Made by a program: the position numbers and the translations under genes
Origin: an uncultured Candidatus Actinomarina sp.
Lineage (GTDB): Bacteria; Actinomycetota; Acidimicrobiia; Actinomarinales; Actinomarinaceae
Assembly (NCBI GenBank): GCA_902593795.1
Contig: CACJJR010000003.1
Span: 89,837-153,836, forward strand
DNA: 64,000 nt
Direction: 5' to 3'
Notes under the pieces: generated by a model
What the model was told of the DNA's origin: nothing
The model's input: the letters and a program-made list of their open reading frames with translations, nothing else
Databases searched by the model: none
In this document: piece by piece, positions 49,286-59,126 of the stretch
How the letters are laid out: each line of letters opens with the position of its first letter
How positions within the stretch are numbered: position 1 is the stretch's first letter

Positions 49286-49894
49286 ATGAATTTTTTAGTC
49301 TTAATATTTAGTTATTTGCTGGGTTCTGTTAATTTTGCTTACATTACCGCACGAATTAAAGGAATAGATATTTCTTCATCTGGAAGTGGTAATCCTGGAA
49401 CCTCAAATGTTTTAAGAACTTTAGGAAAAAGTTCTGCGGCAATTGTATTACTTGGAGACTTACTAAAAGGAGCAATTCCAATTATATTTTTTTCTAATGA
49501 TAAGTATTTTCTTTTATACGGTCTTGCAGCTGTTTTAGGACATATCTATCCGTTATTTTATAAATTTAAAGGTGGAAAAGGTGTTGCCACTTACTTAGGT
49601 GTTTATATTGCTGCAGTGTTGTTGAATCCAAATAATTCTGAACTTTTTGATTTACAGATATTTCAGATTTTAAATATACCGACAATTGCCCTCTTTTATT
49701 TTGTAATATTTAAAACTACTCGTGTATCAGCAATAGCTAGTTTATCAACTGTTACAACAACAATAGCTCTCCTTATTTTTGTTAATAATGAAATAGAAAA
49801 TATATCAATCCTATTAATTTTGTTGTTTTTAATTTTCCTTAAGCATTCTGAAAATATAAAAAGATTGGCTGAAGGCAAAGAAAATAAATTCTAA
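49286..49894 (+). CDS. plsY: glycerol-3-phosphate acyltransferase PlsY
   Basis: 202 aa with LLGSVNFAYI, GSGNPGTSNVLR and FKGGKGVAT motifs. Confidence 0.92.
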   Translation: MNFLVLIFSYLLGSVNFAYITARIKGIDISSSGSGNPGTSNVLRTLGKSSAAIVLLGDLLKGAIPIIFFSNDKYFLLYGLAAVLGHIYPLFYKFKGGKGVATYLGVYIAAVLLNPNNSELFDLQIFQILNIPTIALFYFVIFKTTRVSAIASLSTVTTTIALLIFVNNEIENISILLILLFLIFLKHSENIKRLAEGKENKF

Positions 49895-49957
49895 AAAATA
49901 GAAATTTTTTATAAAATTTCGTTATTATTAAAACAATAGTCGTAAGGAAACAGGGCA

Positions 49958-50320
49958 ATGAGTTCTACACTAGTTTTAATATCTTTGATGTTAGCGCTTT
50001 CAGTAGCGGTAGTTTTTCCTGAAGTACAGTTTTCTAAAAAAAATGTCACTATTTCAAACGAGTATCAACTTATGGTTGATAAGCAAAGAAAAGGATTTAT
50101 GTTTCTCGGACTTATTGCATTAACAAGCTTCTTTATTGCGCTTCAAACTTTATCAGTTGCTATATTCATATTTCATTTAATGACTGATGCTTTTTTTGGT
50201 GTTTACGCTTATACAGCTTTTCAGGTTAGATCGTCATCTATGCAAAAAAGCAGATTTAATTATATGGTTGAGTTGGATGAAGACGAAGAAAACGTCGAGT
50301 ATTTAAAACAAGCAGTTTAA
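49958..50320 (+). CDS. hypothetical membrane protein
   Basis: 120 aa with 3 predicted TM segments and an acidic C-terminus (ELDEDEENVEY). The next gene follows immediately. Confidence 0.5.
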   Translation: MSSTLVLISLMLALSVAVVFPEVQFSKKNVTISNEYQLMVDKQRKGFMFLGLIALTSFFIALQTLSVAIFIFHLMTDAFFGVYAYTAFQVRSSSMQKSRFNYMVELDEDEENVEYLKQAV

Positions 50321-50950
50321 TTGTCAGAATCAGAAGCTAATTTAGAAAATTTATCATCTATTTTTGATAAATTAAATGATATTCGAGAGCAATCTTTAAC
50401 AACTTCTAGAGAAATAGTACGTGAATGTTCAAAAAGCATTAGAAATATTCATAGAAATGATGAAGTTAGTGCAAAAGAACATATTGAAAATGCTCGGAAG
50501 AAGTTAGAAAACTTAAAAAGTATTAGTAGTGATGTTTCAGAAATCAGTTATGCGGGTTATGTTCTTGATGCAGAAAGAGAGTTTGTAGAAGCAGTTATGT
50601 TTTATACTTTCGAGGTTAGTGGATACATTGAACCGTTTAATAATTTCAATGTCCACCCATCAAGCTATATCCAGGGGATAGGAGACACTATTGGGGAATG
50701 GAGACGTAAAGCTCTTGATCACCTAAGAAATCTTGATATCAAAAAAGCCGAAACTTATTTAGCCATTATGGAAGAGGGAATGGGTACCTTGAATGAGTTA
50801 GATTATCCAGATGCATTAACTGGTGGCCTAAGAAGATATGCAGATAATGCAAGATCAATTATAGAAAGAACAAGATCTGATATAACAAATGCTTTTATCA
50901 ATGAATCATTAAGAAAAGACATATCTAATATAAATAAAGATGAATTATAA
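50321..50950 (+). CDS. translin-family protein
   Basis: 209-aa all-helical protein with landmarks shared with translin/TRAX and archaeal translins (DIREQ...REIVR, AEREFVEAV, YIQGIGDTIGEWRRKALD, GGLRRYADNARS). The TTG start abuts the upstream stop. Confidence 0.5.
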   Translation: MSESEANLENLSSIFDKLNDIREQSLTTSREIVRECSKSIRNIHRNDEVSAKEHIENARKKLENLKSISSDVSEISYAGYVLDAEREFVEAVMFYTFEVSGYIEPFNNFNVHPSSYIQGIGDTIGEWRRKALDHLRNLDIKKAETYLAIMEEGMGTLNELDYPDALTGGLRRYADNARSIIERTRSDITNAFINESLRKDISNINKDEL

Positions 50951-51440
50951 ATATATATCTGGAGAAGTTTTAGCTATGGATCCTTCTTCTGGCTGGACTG
51001 ATGGAACGTTATTAAAAGACATTTATCCAGACTCGTCTTTTGTAAGTGGTAACAATACAGATAGCATGCAAATGAAACCAGAAATAAAAGATCGTAAAGT
51101 TTATGCAAAATATTCATTTGCCAAGCGATTTGAAGGAGGGCCAGGCCTGGTTCATGGAGGCATACTATCAGCAGCTTTGGATGATATGATGGGTTATTCA
51201 ACAGTCATTCACAATATATTTTCTGTAACGGCAAATTTATCTGTTAACTTTCTTAAACCGACTCCAGTTGAGAAAGAATTTGACCTATATGCGTGGGTTA
51301 AGGAAGTTGATAATAAAAAAGTTTATACGGAAGCTGTAATTCAATTGGATGAAGAAATTCATGTAGAGGCTCATGGCGTGTTCATAGATTTAGGATTAGA
51401 TGCGGCAGAGTTCTTTGCCCCAGATAAAAATTATCCTTAA
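50940..51440 (+). CDS. PaaI-type hotdog-fold thioesterase
   Basis: 166 aa with the GPGLVHGGILSAALDDMMGY motif. Confidence 0.75.
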   Translation: MNYKYISGEVLAMDPSSGWTDGTLLKDIYPDSSFVSGNNTDSMQMKPEIKDRKVYAKYSFAKRFEGGPGLVHGGILSAALDDMMGYSTVIHNIFSVTANLSVNFLKPTPVEKEFDLYAWVKEVDNKKVYTEAVIQLDEEIHVEAHGVFIDLGLDAAEFFAPDKNYP

Positions 51441-51441
51441 A

Positions 51442-53283
51442 CTAAATTTTTGATGTCAAGAAGTGGCTCATAGATTGAATACTAATCATAGGGTTGACTC
51501 CTGAACATCTTGGAAAATTTGAGGCATCAACTATATATACGTTCTCTAAACCATGCACTTTTCCATCTAAATCAACAACTCCATGATCTGGGCTTGGGTT
51601 TATCCTTGCTGTTCCCATTTGATGTGCTGAACCAAGAAGTATTCTAAAAGGCTCATTTTTTATTGCTTTTATATTATTTATGAATTCTTCAATATTTACA
51701 CTCGATGATTTTTTCCAATGCATAGTTGGCGAAGCTGCGACCATAATTTCTTCTGCTCCAGCTAGATAGTTTGCTCTTACAAGGTTCTCTATACCGTGAA
51801 GTAGATTGCTATGGTCAGTGTCATTTAGATTGTAGTCCCACAAGTGTTGAGGATTTTTATTAATAATAGAACCAGAGCTAGTGTCTGATGTTAAAACTAT
51901 CCCACCAGACCAATAGTTATAACTTTCAATAAAATCATCAAACTCATCTTGATTATTTGGGAAAAATGGAAAGAATAGACTTGGATGCATTGGTAACCCT
52001 TCTAAAAGGTATCCATAATTATCTTTCAAAAACAAATTATCATCAGAATAAATTCCTTGCATTGAGCCTGCCCAGGGCTTTTGCTCTTCAGAGAATTTTC
52101 CAGCAACACCTGACACAGGATGAAGTTTTAAATTTTGACCAAGATGTTTGTTTTTATATCCACTATCTAGCAAAATTTTAGGAGTATTTAAAGCACCAGC
52201 TGCGAGTATTACTTTATCTACTTTGACTTTATGCAATATACCACTATTTTCTACGTTTATGTGAGTTGCTTTTCCGTTTGAAATAACCAAACTTTTAATA
52301 TTTGTATCATTAAATATATTTTCTAGGTTGAATTTATCCTCTGAGAACCAAACTTTATTTGATGAGTTAATGCTCTCATCGTATCGTCCAAAAGTACTAA
52401 AACCAGATTCAGTACATTCATCATTAATCGTATTTCTTGGAATGATTTTATAATTTAGATTATTAAGTTCAAGTCCTTCAGCTAATTTAACTTCTTTTTG
52501 GGGTATTTTATTATTTGCTATATCTACATTTAATTCACTACAAACATAATCCATGCTGCTTTTGAATTCGTTGGAATTGAAATAGTTATCTTGACCAGTA
52601 AGCGTATCCCATTCACTTAATATCTTATCTGGGGTTCTTAAAGAAGTTGTCCAGTTAATACTTGTACCTCCGCCAATTCCTTTACCAGCTAAAAGTAGAA
52701 CTTTGTATCCTCTGGTTTGCTGTATTCCATTAGTGTCATAAAAGTTGTGGTAACCAAATGTTTCATTGTTAATTTCTCCATTTCCATAACTACCTTTTTC
52801 AAATATTCCTACTTCATATTTTTCATTAAGTATATTTGCGGCAACACCTCCACCAGATCCACTTCCAATTACTGCAACTTCTATACTTTTTGGAATTGAG
52901 ACAGCTTTCTTTTCAATTTTTGTATTTTTATGTACGGGGTAGTCAAGGTATTTGTATACTGAACCCTCGCCATCAAGTGATCGTGCAGTACTTAAACCAA
53001 ACAATGCAGTAATTCCAGAACCAAGTTTTCTCAATAAAGATAAATTAGAGCTCTGTAAATTTTTAATAAATTCAGGAATTTTTGAGTCTTTTATAAAGAA
53101 CTTTCTTATTCCAAAAGAAAATAAATAAAAGAAAATTCTTAATTGAATAATTTCAGATCTATCAGGAAAATTTTCAATTATAAAATTAAAATATTTTTCA
53201 GAGTTTTTTACCTCATCTTCATTAAAATTTGGATATAAATTAGTAAATACAACTTTAAATGATTTTGATATTCTTTTATCCAT
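51442..53283 (-). CDS. GMC-family FAD-dependent oxidoreductase (long-chain alcohol oxidase-like architecture)
   Basis: 613 aa with about a 130-aa N-terminal extension, the FAD motif VAVIGSGSGGGVAA, and a C-terminal GMC active-site region (HQMGTARI). Confidence 0.75.
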   Translation of the reverse strand: MDKRISKSFKVVFTNLYPNFNEDEVKNSEKYFNFIIENFPDRSEIIQLRIFFYLFSFGIRKFFIKDSKIPEFIKNLQSSNLSLLRKLGSGITALFGLSTARSLDGEGSVYKYLDYPVHKNTKIEKKAVSIPKSIEVAVIGSGSGGGVAANILNEKYEVGIFEKGSYGNGEINNETFGYHNFYDTNGIQQTRGYKVLLLAGKGIGGGTSINWTTSLRTPDKILSEWDTLTGQDNYFNSNEFKSSMDYVCSELNVDIANNKIPQKEVKLAEGLELNNLNYKIIPRNTINDECTESGFSTFGRYDESINSSNKVWFSEDKFNLENIFNDTNIKSLVISNGKATHINVENSGILHKVKVDKVILAAGALNTPKILLDSGYKNKHLGQNLKLHPVSGVAGKFSEEQKPWAGSMQGIYSDDNLFLKDNYGYLLEGLPMHPSLFFPFFPNNQDEFDDFIESYNYWSGGIVLTSDTSSGSIINKNPQHLWDYNLNDTDHSNLLHGIENLVRANYLAGAEEIMVAASPTMHWKKSSSVNIEEFINNIKAIKNEPFRILLGSAHQMGTARINPSPDHGVVDLDGKVHGLENVYIVDASNFPRCSGVNPMISIQSMSHFLTSKI

Positions 53284-53341
53284 AAAATAATTTTACTCTC
53301 TGAATTTTGGTTATGACCTGTAATTTGTACAGTTATAATCT

Positions 53342-53767
53342 ATGCGTAAATCTAAAAATAAAGTTAAAAAAATATTTTTTGTTTTTTTTGGTTTAATAAG
53401 TTTTTCTTTAGGTGCTATTGGAATTATTATTCCAGGCCTTCCTACGACACCTTTTATGATTTTATCTTCGATATTATTCCTAAATTCTTCGGATAAGCTC
53501 TATACCTGGTTGACTGCTCATGAAAAATTTGGTAAATATGTGCTCGATTTTAAAAAAGGAAAAGGAATAACTTTTAAAACAAAATTGTATGCCCAAACAA
53601 TGATGCTATTGACTATGTCATTATCATTAATACCGATTTCACCTGCTTTTATTGAGAACGTAGTTGTACGAATTATTTTAGCTATCTCTGCTGTATTTAG
53701 TTTTTGGTTAGTTGGTTTTAAAATACCTACTAATAAATCTTTAAAAAATGAATCTATTAAAAAATAA
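53342..53767 (+). CDS. YbaN/DUF454-family inner membrane protein
   Basis: 141 aa with GAIGIIIPGLPTTPFMILSS, typical of DUF454. Confidence 0.7.
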   Translation: MRKSKNKVKKIFFVFFGLISFSLGAIGIIIPGLPTTPFMILSSILFLNSSDKLYTWLTAHEKFGKYVLDFKKGKGITFKTKLYAQTMMLLTMSLSLIPISPAFIENVVVRIILAISAVFSFWLVGFKIPTNKSLKNESIKK

Positions 53768-54647
53768 AAAAATTTTAATAGCACTAGTTTTTTTTGTAAT
53801 TCTGTATTTCTTATTATCATTTATCGTTGCATTTACTGCATTTAGCATAGGAGAAGAAACTTACAAATTTTCACCAAGTGATTTAGGAATCTCTTATGAA
53901 GAGATACAAATACAATTAGACAATTCATACATTTCAACCTGGTGGGTACCCTCTAGTTCAGAAGTAACAGTAATAATGCTTCACGGGTTGAGGAGCCAGA
54001 AAGCTAGTCCTGAAATGCTTGAAAAAATAAAAATTTTTAATGACAAAGGTTTTTCAGTTATTGCAATTGATTTTAGAAACCATGGATTATCGGGTGAGGG
54101 AAATTTTACATTTGGTACAGATGAAATAAATGACGTTTACACAACTGTAAATTATTTTTATGAAAACAAGGGCTTGAAAAGTTTTGGTATTTGGGGTTTT
54201 AGCTATGGTGCAACAACTGCATTGTTTTCAGGCTTAGAGTTCTATAACCAAACATCAAATGTTGAGTTATTAGGTATTTTTGCAGAAAGTCCTTATCTTG
54301 ACTTATTAGAAGTCTTCACAGATCAAGTTGCTTACAGAACTCCTTTAAATAAAAATCTGGCAAATCTTTTGAAACCTGGAACAATTTTTTTAACTAATTT
54401 GGTTTTTGATTTTAATTTCAATTCAATTGAAAAAACATTTGATAATAAAAATGAAATCAGCTTTCCAACGGTAGTTGTTTCTTGTGCAAATGATGAGATA
54501 GTTCCGGCATCACAGTCAAGAAAAATTGCTGAAATACTTGGTCCGAATGCAACTTATGAAGAATTTAACAACTGCAATAGTCACGGAGGAACTCTTAATA
54601 GTGATCCAGAAAGATATCATAAAATCCTAGAAAATCTATTTAAATAA
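53748..54647 (+). CDS. membrane-anchored alpha/beta hydrolase
   Basis: 299 aa with an N-terminal TM helix, the HGL oxyanion region and the GFSYGA nucleophile elbow. A C-terminal Asp (NDEIV) and His (SHGG) are present. Confidence 0.7.
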   Translation: MNLLKNKKILIALVFFVILYFLLSFIVAFTAFSIGEETYKFSPSDLGISYEEIQIQLDNSYISTWWVPSSSEVTVIMLHGLRSQKASPEMLEKIKIFNDKGFSVIAIDFRNHGLSGEGNFTFGTDEINDVYTTVNYFYENKGLKSFGIWGFSYGATTALFSGLEFYNQTSNVELLGIFAESPYLDLLEVFTDQVAYRTPLNKNLANLLKPGTIFLTNLVFDFNFNSIEKTFDNKNEISFPTVVVSCANDEIVPASQSRKIAEILGPNATYEEFNNCNSHGGTLNSDPERYHKILENLFK

Positions 54648-54709
54648 ACTATTTTTGGCAGTTTTGGCAGTCATTAAGGCCTTTTGAAACAGCTGATTTG
54701 CAGTAATTA

Positions 54710-56179
54710 GTGAATTATAATTTTACTATGCCTGATAGAGATAATACTTATTCAACTAATCAAATAAGGAAGATATCACAATGTCATAGTTCTTACGGCA
54801 AAAAGACAAGACTTGCAAGTCCCAAACTAGACAGGTGGAAAGATTTAAATAAAGCCATTGTAGATTGGCTTAACAACGATGCTCTAGAAGAAACATCTGT
54901 AAAAGTTGCTGAAGAAAACAACTTTCAATTCTATGACACTATTCAAAAAAGGATACTTTCTGATTTATTCACAAGATTTAGAACAATTTATCCTAAAAGA
55001 AATTCCAATTTTAATCACGAGTATTTAATTAAAGAAGCCATAAAAGAAATAGATGGAGAAGAGTATGGAATAACTACTCACTTTGCCTATGAGTTCGAAG
55101 ATGATAATCAATATGAATATATAAGATTAAAAACTGCTCATGATCCAGAACCAGAGTTAATTGATAGAGCAATTATTACAAAATTAAAATCTGAAAATGA
55201 AGAATTTTATACAGCTGCTATTGAATTAGATGACTTAGTAGAAATTGAGATGGTAGAAAATCCTGATGAAATTATTGATGATTATTTCGATACCTTAGAA
55301 AAATATCTAGAAGGTAGGAAAAAGCGTACTCCTGGTAAACAATGCGATTACTGTGATCAAGCATCTAGATGTGGGCAATTTCCACTAATGAATGCTGAAA
55401 AAATTACTAACCGTATTAGAGAAGTAAAAATATCAAAAACAAATTTAGTAAAACTTTCTAATTGCGAAAGAAGAACTGCATGGAATGTTCAGTATGGTTT
55501 ACCAAGAGAGGACTTTATTGAGTATGAATCAGAATCAGTGGCGACTAAGTTTCATCAATTTTCACAGGAAATTTTAGTAAATAATGAAAAATTTTCTGAA
55601 AAGCAAAATATTGAGAGTTTCAACCAATTAACAAATGAAGAGGACGAAGTTACTCGAGAACAGCTTTATTTAAAATACCAACAGCTAGTTTCACAATTAA
55701 ATAATTATGATGACTTAAAAATAAAAGAATCAGAATATATTTTAGGTTTTACCTGTATCACCGAAGGAAAAGGCTTGAGAGATGGAAAAGTTGTTGACCA
55801 GAAAGTAGCAACAATATTTACTGGAAAGTCTGACTTAGCTGGAAGACTTGGTGATATACCAATAATAATTGAGCTAAAAACACGCCCAGAAATACCCGAA
55901 GACTCTTTAGAAGCCCAGCTTTATGCTTTAGGAGCTTCACAGCTAATGAAATCTGAAAAAGAAATAATAGTATTGCATATTTACGTATCTGACAATAATG
56001 CATCTGTAAAAGAAAGAAAGTTTGGTATTAGTGAACTCGAGTCCGCTAAAGCAAAATTTGAAGATATTGCAAAAAAGCCAGCATCTTGGATTCCTTTTGA
56101 TGCGTTAAGCCCTAGCCACAAAGTTGGTGAATGGTGTGATTATTGTGAGTTTAAGAATACTTGTACAGAATTTAGATAA
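54710..56179 (+). CDS. tandem PD-(D/E)XK (Cas4/RecB-like) nuclease-domain protein with two C-x(n)-CxxC-x5-C cysteine sets
   Basis: 489 aa. The C-terminal half carries NCERR (first Cys), GKSDLAG, IIIELK, EAQLYAL and CDYCEFKNTC. The N-terminal half repeats the pattern (ISQCHSSY ... YIRLKT ... CDYCDQASRC). The start is GTG 54710 or ATG 54728. Confidence 0.65.
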   Translation: MNYNFTMPDRDNTYSTNQIRKISQCHSSYGKKTRLASPKLDRWKDLNKAIVDWLNNDALEETSVKVAEENNFQFYDTIQKRILSDLFTRFRTIYPKRNSNFNHEYLIKEAIKEIDGEEYGITTHFAYEFEDDNQYEYIRLKTAHDPEPELIDRAIITKLKSENEEFYTAAIELDDLVEIEMVENPDEIIDDYFDTLEKYLEGRKKRTPGKQCDYCDQASRCGQFPLMNAEKITNRIREVKISKTNLVKLSNCERRTAWNVQYGLPREDFIEYESESVATKFHQFSQEILVNNEKFSEKQNIESFNQLTNEEDEVTREQLYLKYQQLVSQLNNYDDLKIKESEYILGFTCITEGKGLRDGKVVDQKVATIFTGKSDLAGRLGDIPIIIELKTRPEIPEDSLEAQLYALGASQLMKSEKEIIVLHIYVSDNNASVKERKFGISELESAKAKFEDIAKKPASWIPFDALSPSHKVGEWCDYCEFKNTCTEFR

Positions 56180-56217
56180 GTTCATCTTTAGACTCAAGTA
56201 AATATATAATTATTTTG

Positions 56218-58479
56218 ATGGATCTTTCAAAAACACATATTCAATTGGTAGAGAGAGTTTATAAAACTCTTGAGTCAAATATTGCTGAATTCAAAGCCAG
56301 AAAAGGCAATTCACTGACTTTAGCTGAGAAAGTTTTATATGGCCATGCTAAAGACGTATCTGATATCTCACTAAATAGAGGAGAACACTTTGGTGACTTT
56401 TTGCCTGACAGGGTAGCAATGCAAGATGCAACAGCTCAAATGGCACTATTACAATTTATGCAAGCTCAACTTCCTGAAACAGCTGTACCTACAACTGTTC
56501 ATTGCGATCATTTAATTCAGGCATATGAAGGTGCAAACAGTGATTTACAAGTTGCAAATAAAACTCATAAAGAGGTATTTGATTTTTTAAGAACTGCTTC
56601 TGAAAAATATAATATTGGCTTTTGGGGCCCGGGTGCTGGAATTATTCATCAAGTAGTTCTTGAGCAATATGCATTTCCAGGCGGAATGATGATTGGTACT
56701 GATAGCCACACACCAAATGCGGGTGGGTTAGGTATGATTGCAATTGGTGTAGGTGGAGCAGATGCTGTAGATGTAATGGCTGGCATGCCCTTTAATACAA
56801 AAATACCAAAGCTTATTGGTGTAAAACTAACAGGAACATTAAGTGGGTGGACAGCTCCTAAAGACATAATTTTGAAAGTTGCAGAAATTTTAACTGTAAA
56901 AGGTGGTACAAATGCAATTGTTGAATATTTTGGTGAAGGAACAGAATCTATTTCAACTACAGGTAAAGCAACAATTACAAATATGGGTGCTGAGATAGGG
57001 GCTACATGTTCTATATTTCCTTTTGACAAAAAGGGTGAAGAATATCTGGAATCTACCGGTAGAGGAGATATAGCTTCCCTAGCAAAAGAAAATATGCATT
57101 TATTGACTGCTGATGAAGATGTAGTAAATAATCCAAATGATTATTTCGATCAAGTAATAGAAATTAATTTAGACAATCTTGAACCTCACATTGTAGGACC
57201 TCACACACCAGATCTAGCTCGTCCCGTATCAAAATTAAAGAATGATGCATTAGATAATAGTTATCCTCTTAAAATCTCAAATGCACTTATTGGATCTTGT
57301 ACAAATTCATCATATGAAGACATTGGTAGAGCAGCTTTTATAGCTAGGGAGGCAGCCAAAAAAGGACTTAAGTCAAAAGTGCCACTGATGGTTACACCTG
57401 GATCAGAAATTACTAGAGCAACTATTGAAAGGGATGGATATTTAAAAGATCTTGAAGCAATAGGTGCCACTGTTCTAGCAAATGCTTGTGGTCCATGTAT
57501 TGGGCAATGGAAGCGAGATGATATTGAAGATGGTGAAAGCAACACAATTGTATCATCATATAATCGTAATTTTCCAGCGAGGAATGATGGAAATAAAGAA
57601 ACGTTGTCTTTTATTGGATCTCCCGAGACTGTAATTGGATTAGCTTTAGGCGGTACTTTGGAGTTTGATTTTTTAAATGATTCTTTAGTAAATGATGAAG
57701 GGGAAGAGGTAAAGCTGTCACCTCCAACTGCAGAAGAGCTACCTCCAGAGGGCTTTGCAAGTACTTTAGAAGGATTTGTTCAACCTAAAGAAGATAGTGA
57801 GATTGAAGTAGTAATTAGCCCCGATTCTGAAAGGTTGCAAGTGTTGACGCCTTTTGACCAATTTAATTCGAACAATTATCTTGAGATGACAGTCATTATG
57901 AAAGCAGTTGGTAAATGTACAACAGACCATATTTCACCTGCTGGAAAATGGCTAAGATTTAGAGGACATTTAGAAAATATTTCTCAAAACTTATTTATTG
58001 GTGTTAACAATGCCTTTTCAGAAGAATCAGGAACGGGTGTTAACACCCTTAATAATGAAATTATGACGTTACCTGATTTAGCTAAAACTTATCATGAAAA
58101 TAATATAAATTGGATAGCAATTGGTGATGAAAACTATGGCGAGGGATCATCAAGAGAACATGCTGCTATGGAACCAAGGTTTAGAGGCTGCAGAGTGGTT
58201 TTAGTGAAAAGTTTTGCAAGAATACATGAAGCTAATTTGAAAAAGCAGGGAATACTTCCATTGACTTTTAAAGACAAGGCAGATTATGACAAGATAGACC
58301 AGAATGATAAATTAACTATTAAAGATTTAGAGAATTTGAGTCCAGGAAGTAAAGTCAAAGTTTCTTTACATAAAGAGGATGGTTCAATAGTAGATATAGA
58401 CACAAATCATTCTTTATCTGATGAACAAATAAGTTGGTTTGAAAGTGGATCAGCTTTAAATTTTATTAAATCAAATTAA
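56218..58479 (+). CDS. acn: aconitate hydratase, mitochondrial-type (~750 aa class)
   Basis: Motifs PDRVAMQDATAQMALLQF, VHCDHLI, GIIHQVVLE, GTDSHTPNAGGLG, GSCTNSSYEDI, ANACGPCIGQW and SREHAA, very close to the mitochondrial Aco2-type sequence. ATG 56218 lies just after the TTG at 56215. Confidence 0.92.
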   Translation: MDLSKTHIQLVERVYKTLESNIAEFKARKGNSLTLAEKVLYGHAKDVSDISLNRGEHFGDFLPDRVAMQDATAQMALLQFMQAQLPETAVPTTVHCDHLIQAYEGANSDLQVANKTHKEVFDFLRTASEKYNIGFWGPGAGIIHQVVLEQYAFPGGMMIGTDSHTPNAGGLGMIAIGVGGADAVDVMAGMPFNTKIPKLIGVKLTGTLSGWTAPKDIILKVAEILTVKGGTNAIVEYFGEGTESISTTGKATITNMGAEIGATCSIFPFDKKGEEYLESTGRGDIASLAKENMHLLTADEDVVNNPNDYFDQVIEINLDNLEPHIVGPHTPDLARPVSKLKNDALDNSYPLKISNALIGSCTNSSYEDIGRAAFIAREAAKKGLKSKVPLMVTPGSEITRATIERDGYLKDLEAIGATVLANACGPCIGQWKRDDIEDGESNTIVSSYNRNFPARNDGNKETLSFIGSPETVIGLALGGTLEFDFLNDSLVNDEGEEVKLSPPTAEELPPEGFASTLEGFVQPKEDSEIEVVISPDSERLQVLTPFDQFNSNNYLEMTVIMKAVGKCTTDHISPAGKWLRFRGHLENISQNLFIGVNNAFSEESGTGVNTLNNEIMTLPDLAKTYHENNINWIAIGDENYGEGSSREHAAMEPRFRGCRVVLVKSFARIHEANLKKQGILPLTFKDKADYDKIDQNDKLTIKDLENLSPGSKVKVSLHKEDGSIVDIDTNHSLSDEQISWFESGSALNFIKSN

Positions 58480-59126
58480 TGGAAAATTTTTCAGAAAAGA
58501 TTCAATCTTTAAGAAATGAATATAGCGATTTAGATTTAAAAGTTGATGACTTAAATTCAAACCCGATAACACAATTTACAAGATGGCTTGATGAAGCGAT
58601 TGAAACAAAAATTTATGAACCTAACGCAATGGTTTTAGCAACTGTAAATGAAAATACTCCAAGATCAAGATTTGTATTATTTAAAAACATTGTCAATGAT
58701 AATTTAATCTTCCATACACACTATGAAAGTCCAAAAGCAATAGAGATATTTGCTAACCCCAGTGTTTCAGGTATTTTTTACTGGGCTGAGATTCATAGAC
58801 AAGTGAGGTTCCAAGGTAAAGCAATAAAAGCAGATGCAAAAATATCTGATGAGTATTTTAAATCTAGGCCAAGAGGTGGACAATTAAGTGCGTGGGCTTC
58901 TGCACAAAGTAATATTATTTCTTCCAGAGAAGATGTCACTAATAGAATTGAAGAGCTTGATAAAGAATATGAAGACAAAGAGATACCAAGACCAGATTTT
59001 TGGGGCGGGTTTTCTATTGAGGTAAATTATTGGGAGTTTTGGCAGGGAAGAAGAAACAGAACACATGATAGGTTTAGTTACAAACAAGAAGATACTTCTT
59101 GGAAAATTGAAAGGATGTCCCCTTAA
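58479..59126 (+). CDS. pdxH: pyridoxamine 5'-phosphate oxidase
   Basis: 215 aa with PNAMVLATV, SRFVLFKNI, IHRQVRFQG and WGGF...EFWQGRRNRTHDRF motifs. Confidence 0.92.
   Translation: MENFSEKIQSLRNEYSDLDLKVDDLNSNPITQFTRWLDEAIETKIYEPNAMVLATVNENTPRSRFVLFKNIVNDNLIFHTHYESPKAIEIFANPSVSGIFYWAEIHRQVRFQGKAIKADAKISDEYFKSRPRGGQLSAWASAQSNIISSREDVTNRIEELDKEYEDKEIPRPDFWGGFSIEVNYWEFWQGRRNRTHDRFSYKQEDTSWKIERMSP

Noticed and set aside
49901-49920. AT-only hairpin GAAATTTT-TTAT-AAAATTTC after plsY, considered as a terminator.
   Set aside because: The stem has a single G-C pair and no clean T-run follows. It is too weak to call from sequence alone.
54650-54680. Tandem TTTTGGCAGT repeat (TTTTTGGCAGTTTTGGCAGTC) resembling a sigma-54 -24/-12 element upstream of the nuclease gene.
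   Set aside because: The GG-to-GC spacing is about 8 nt rather than 10. Actinobacteria lack sigma-54. This is probably a chance direct repeat.
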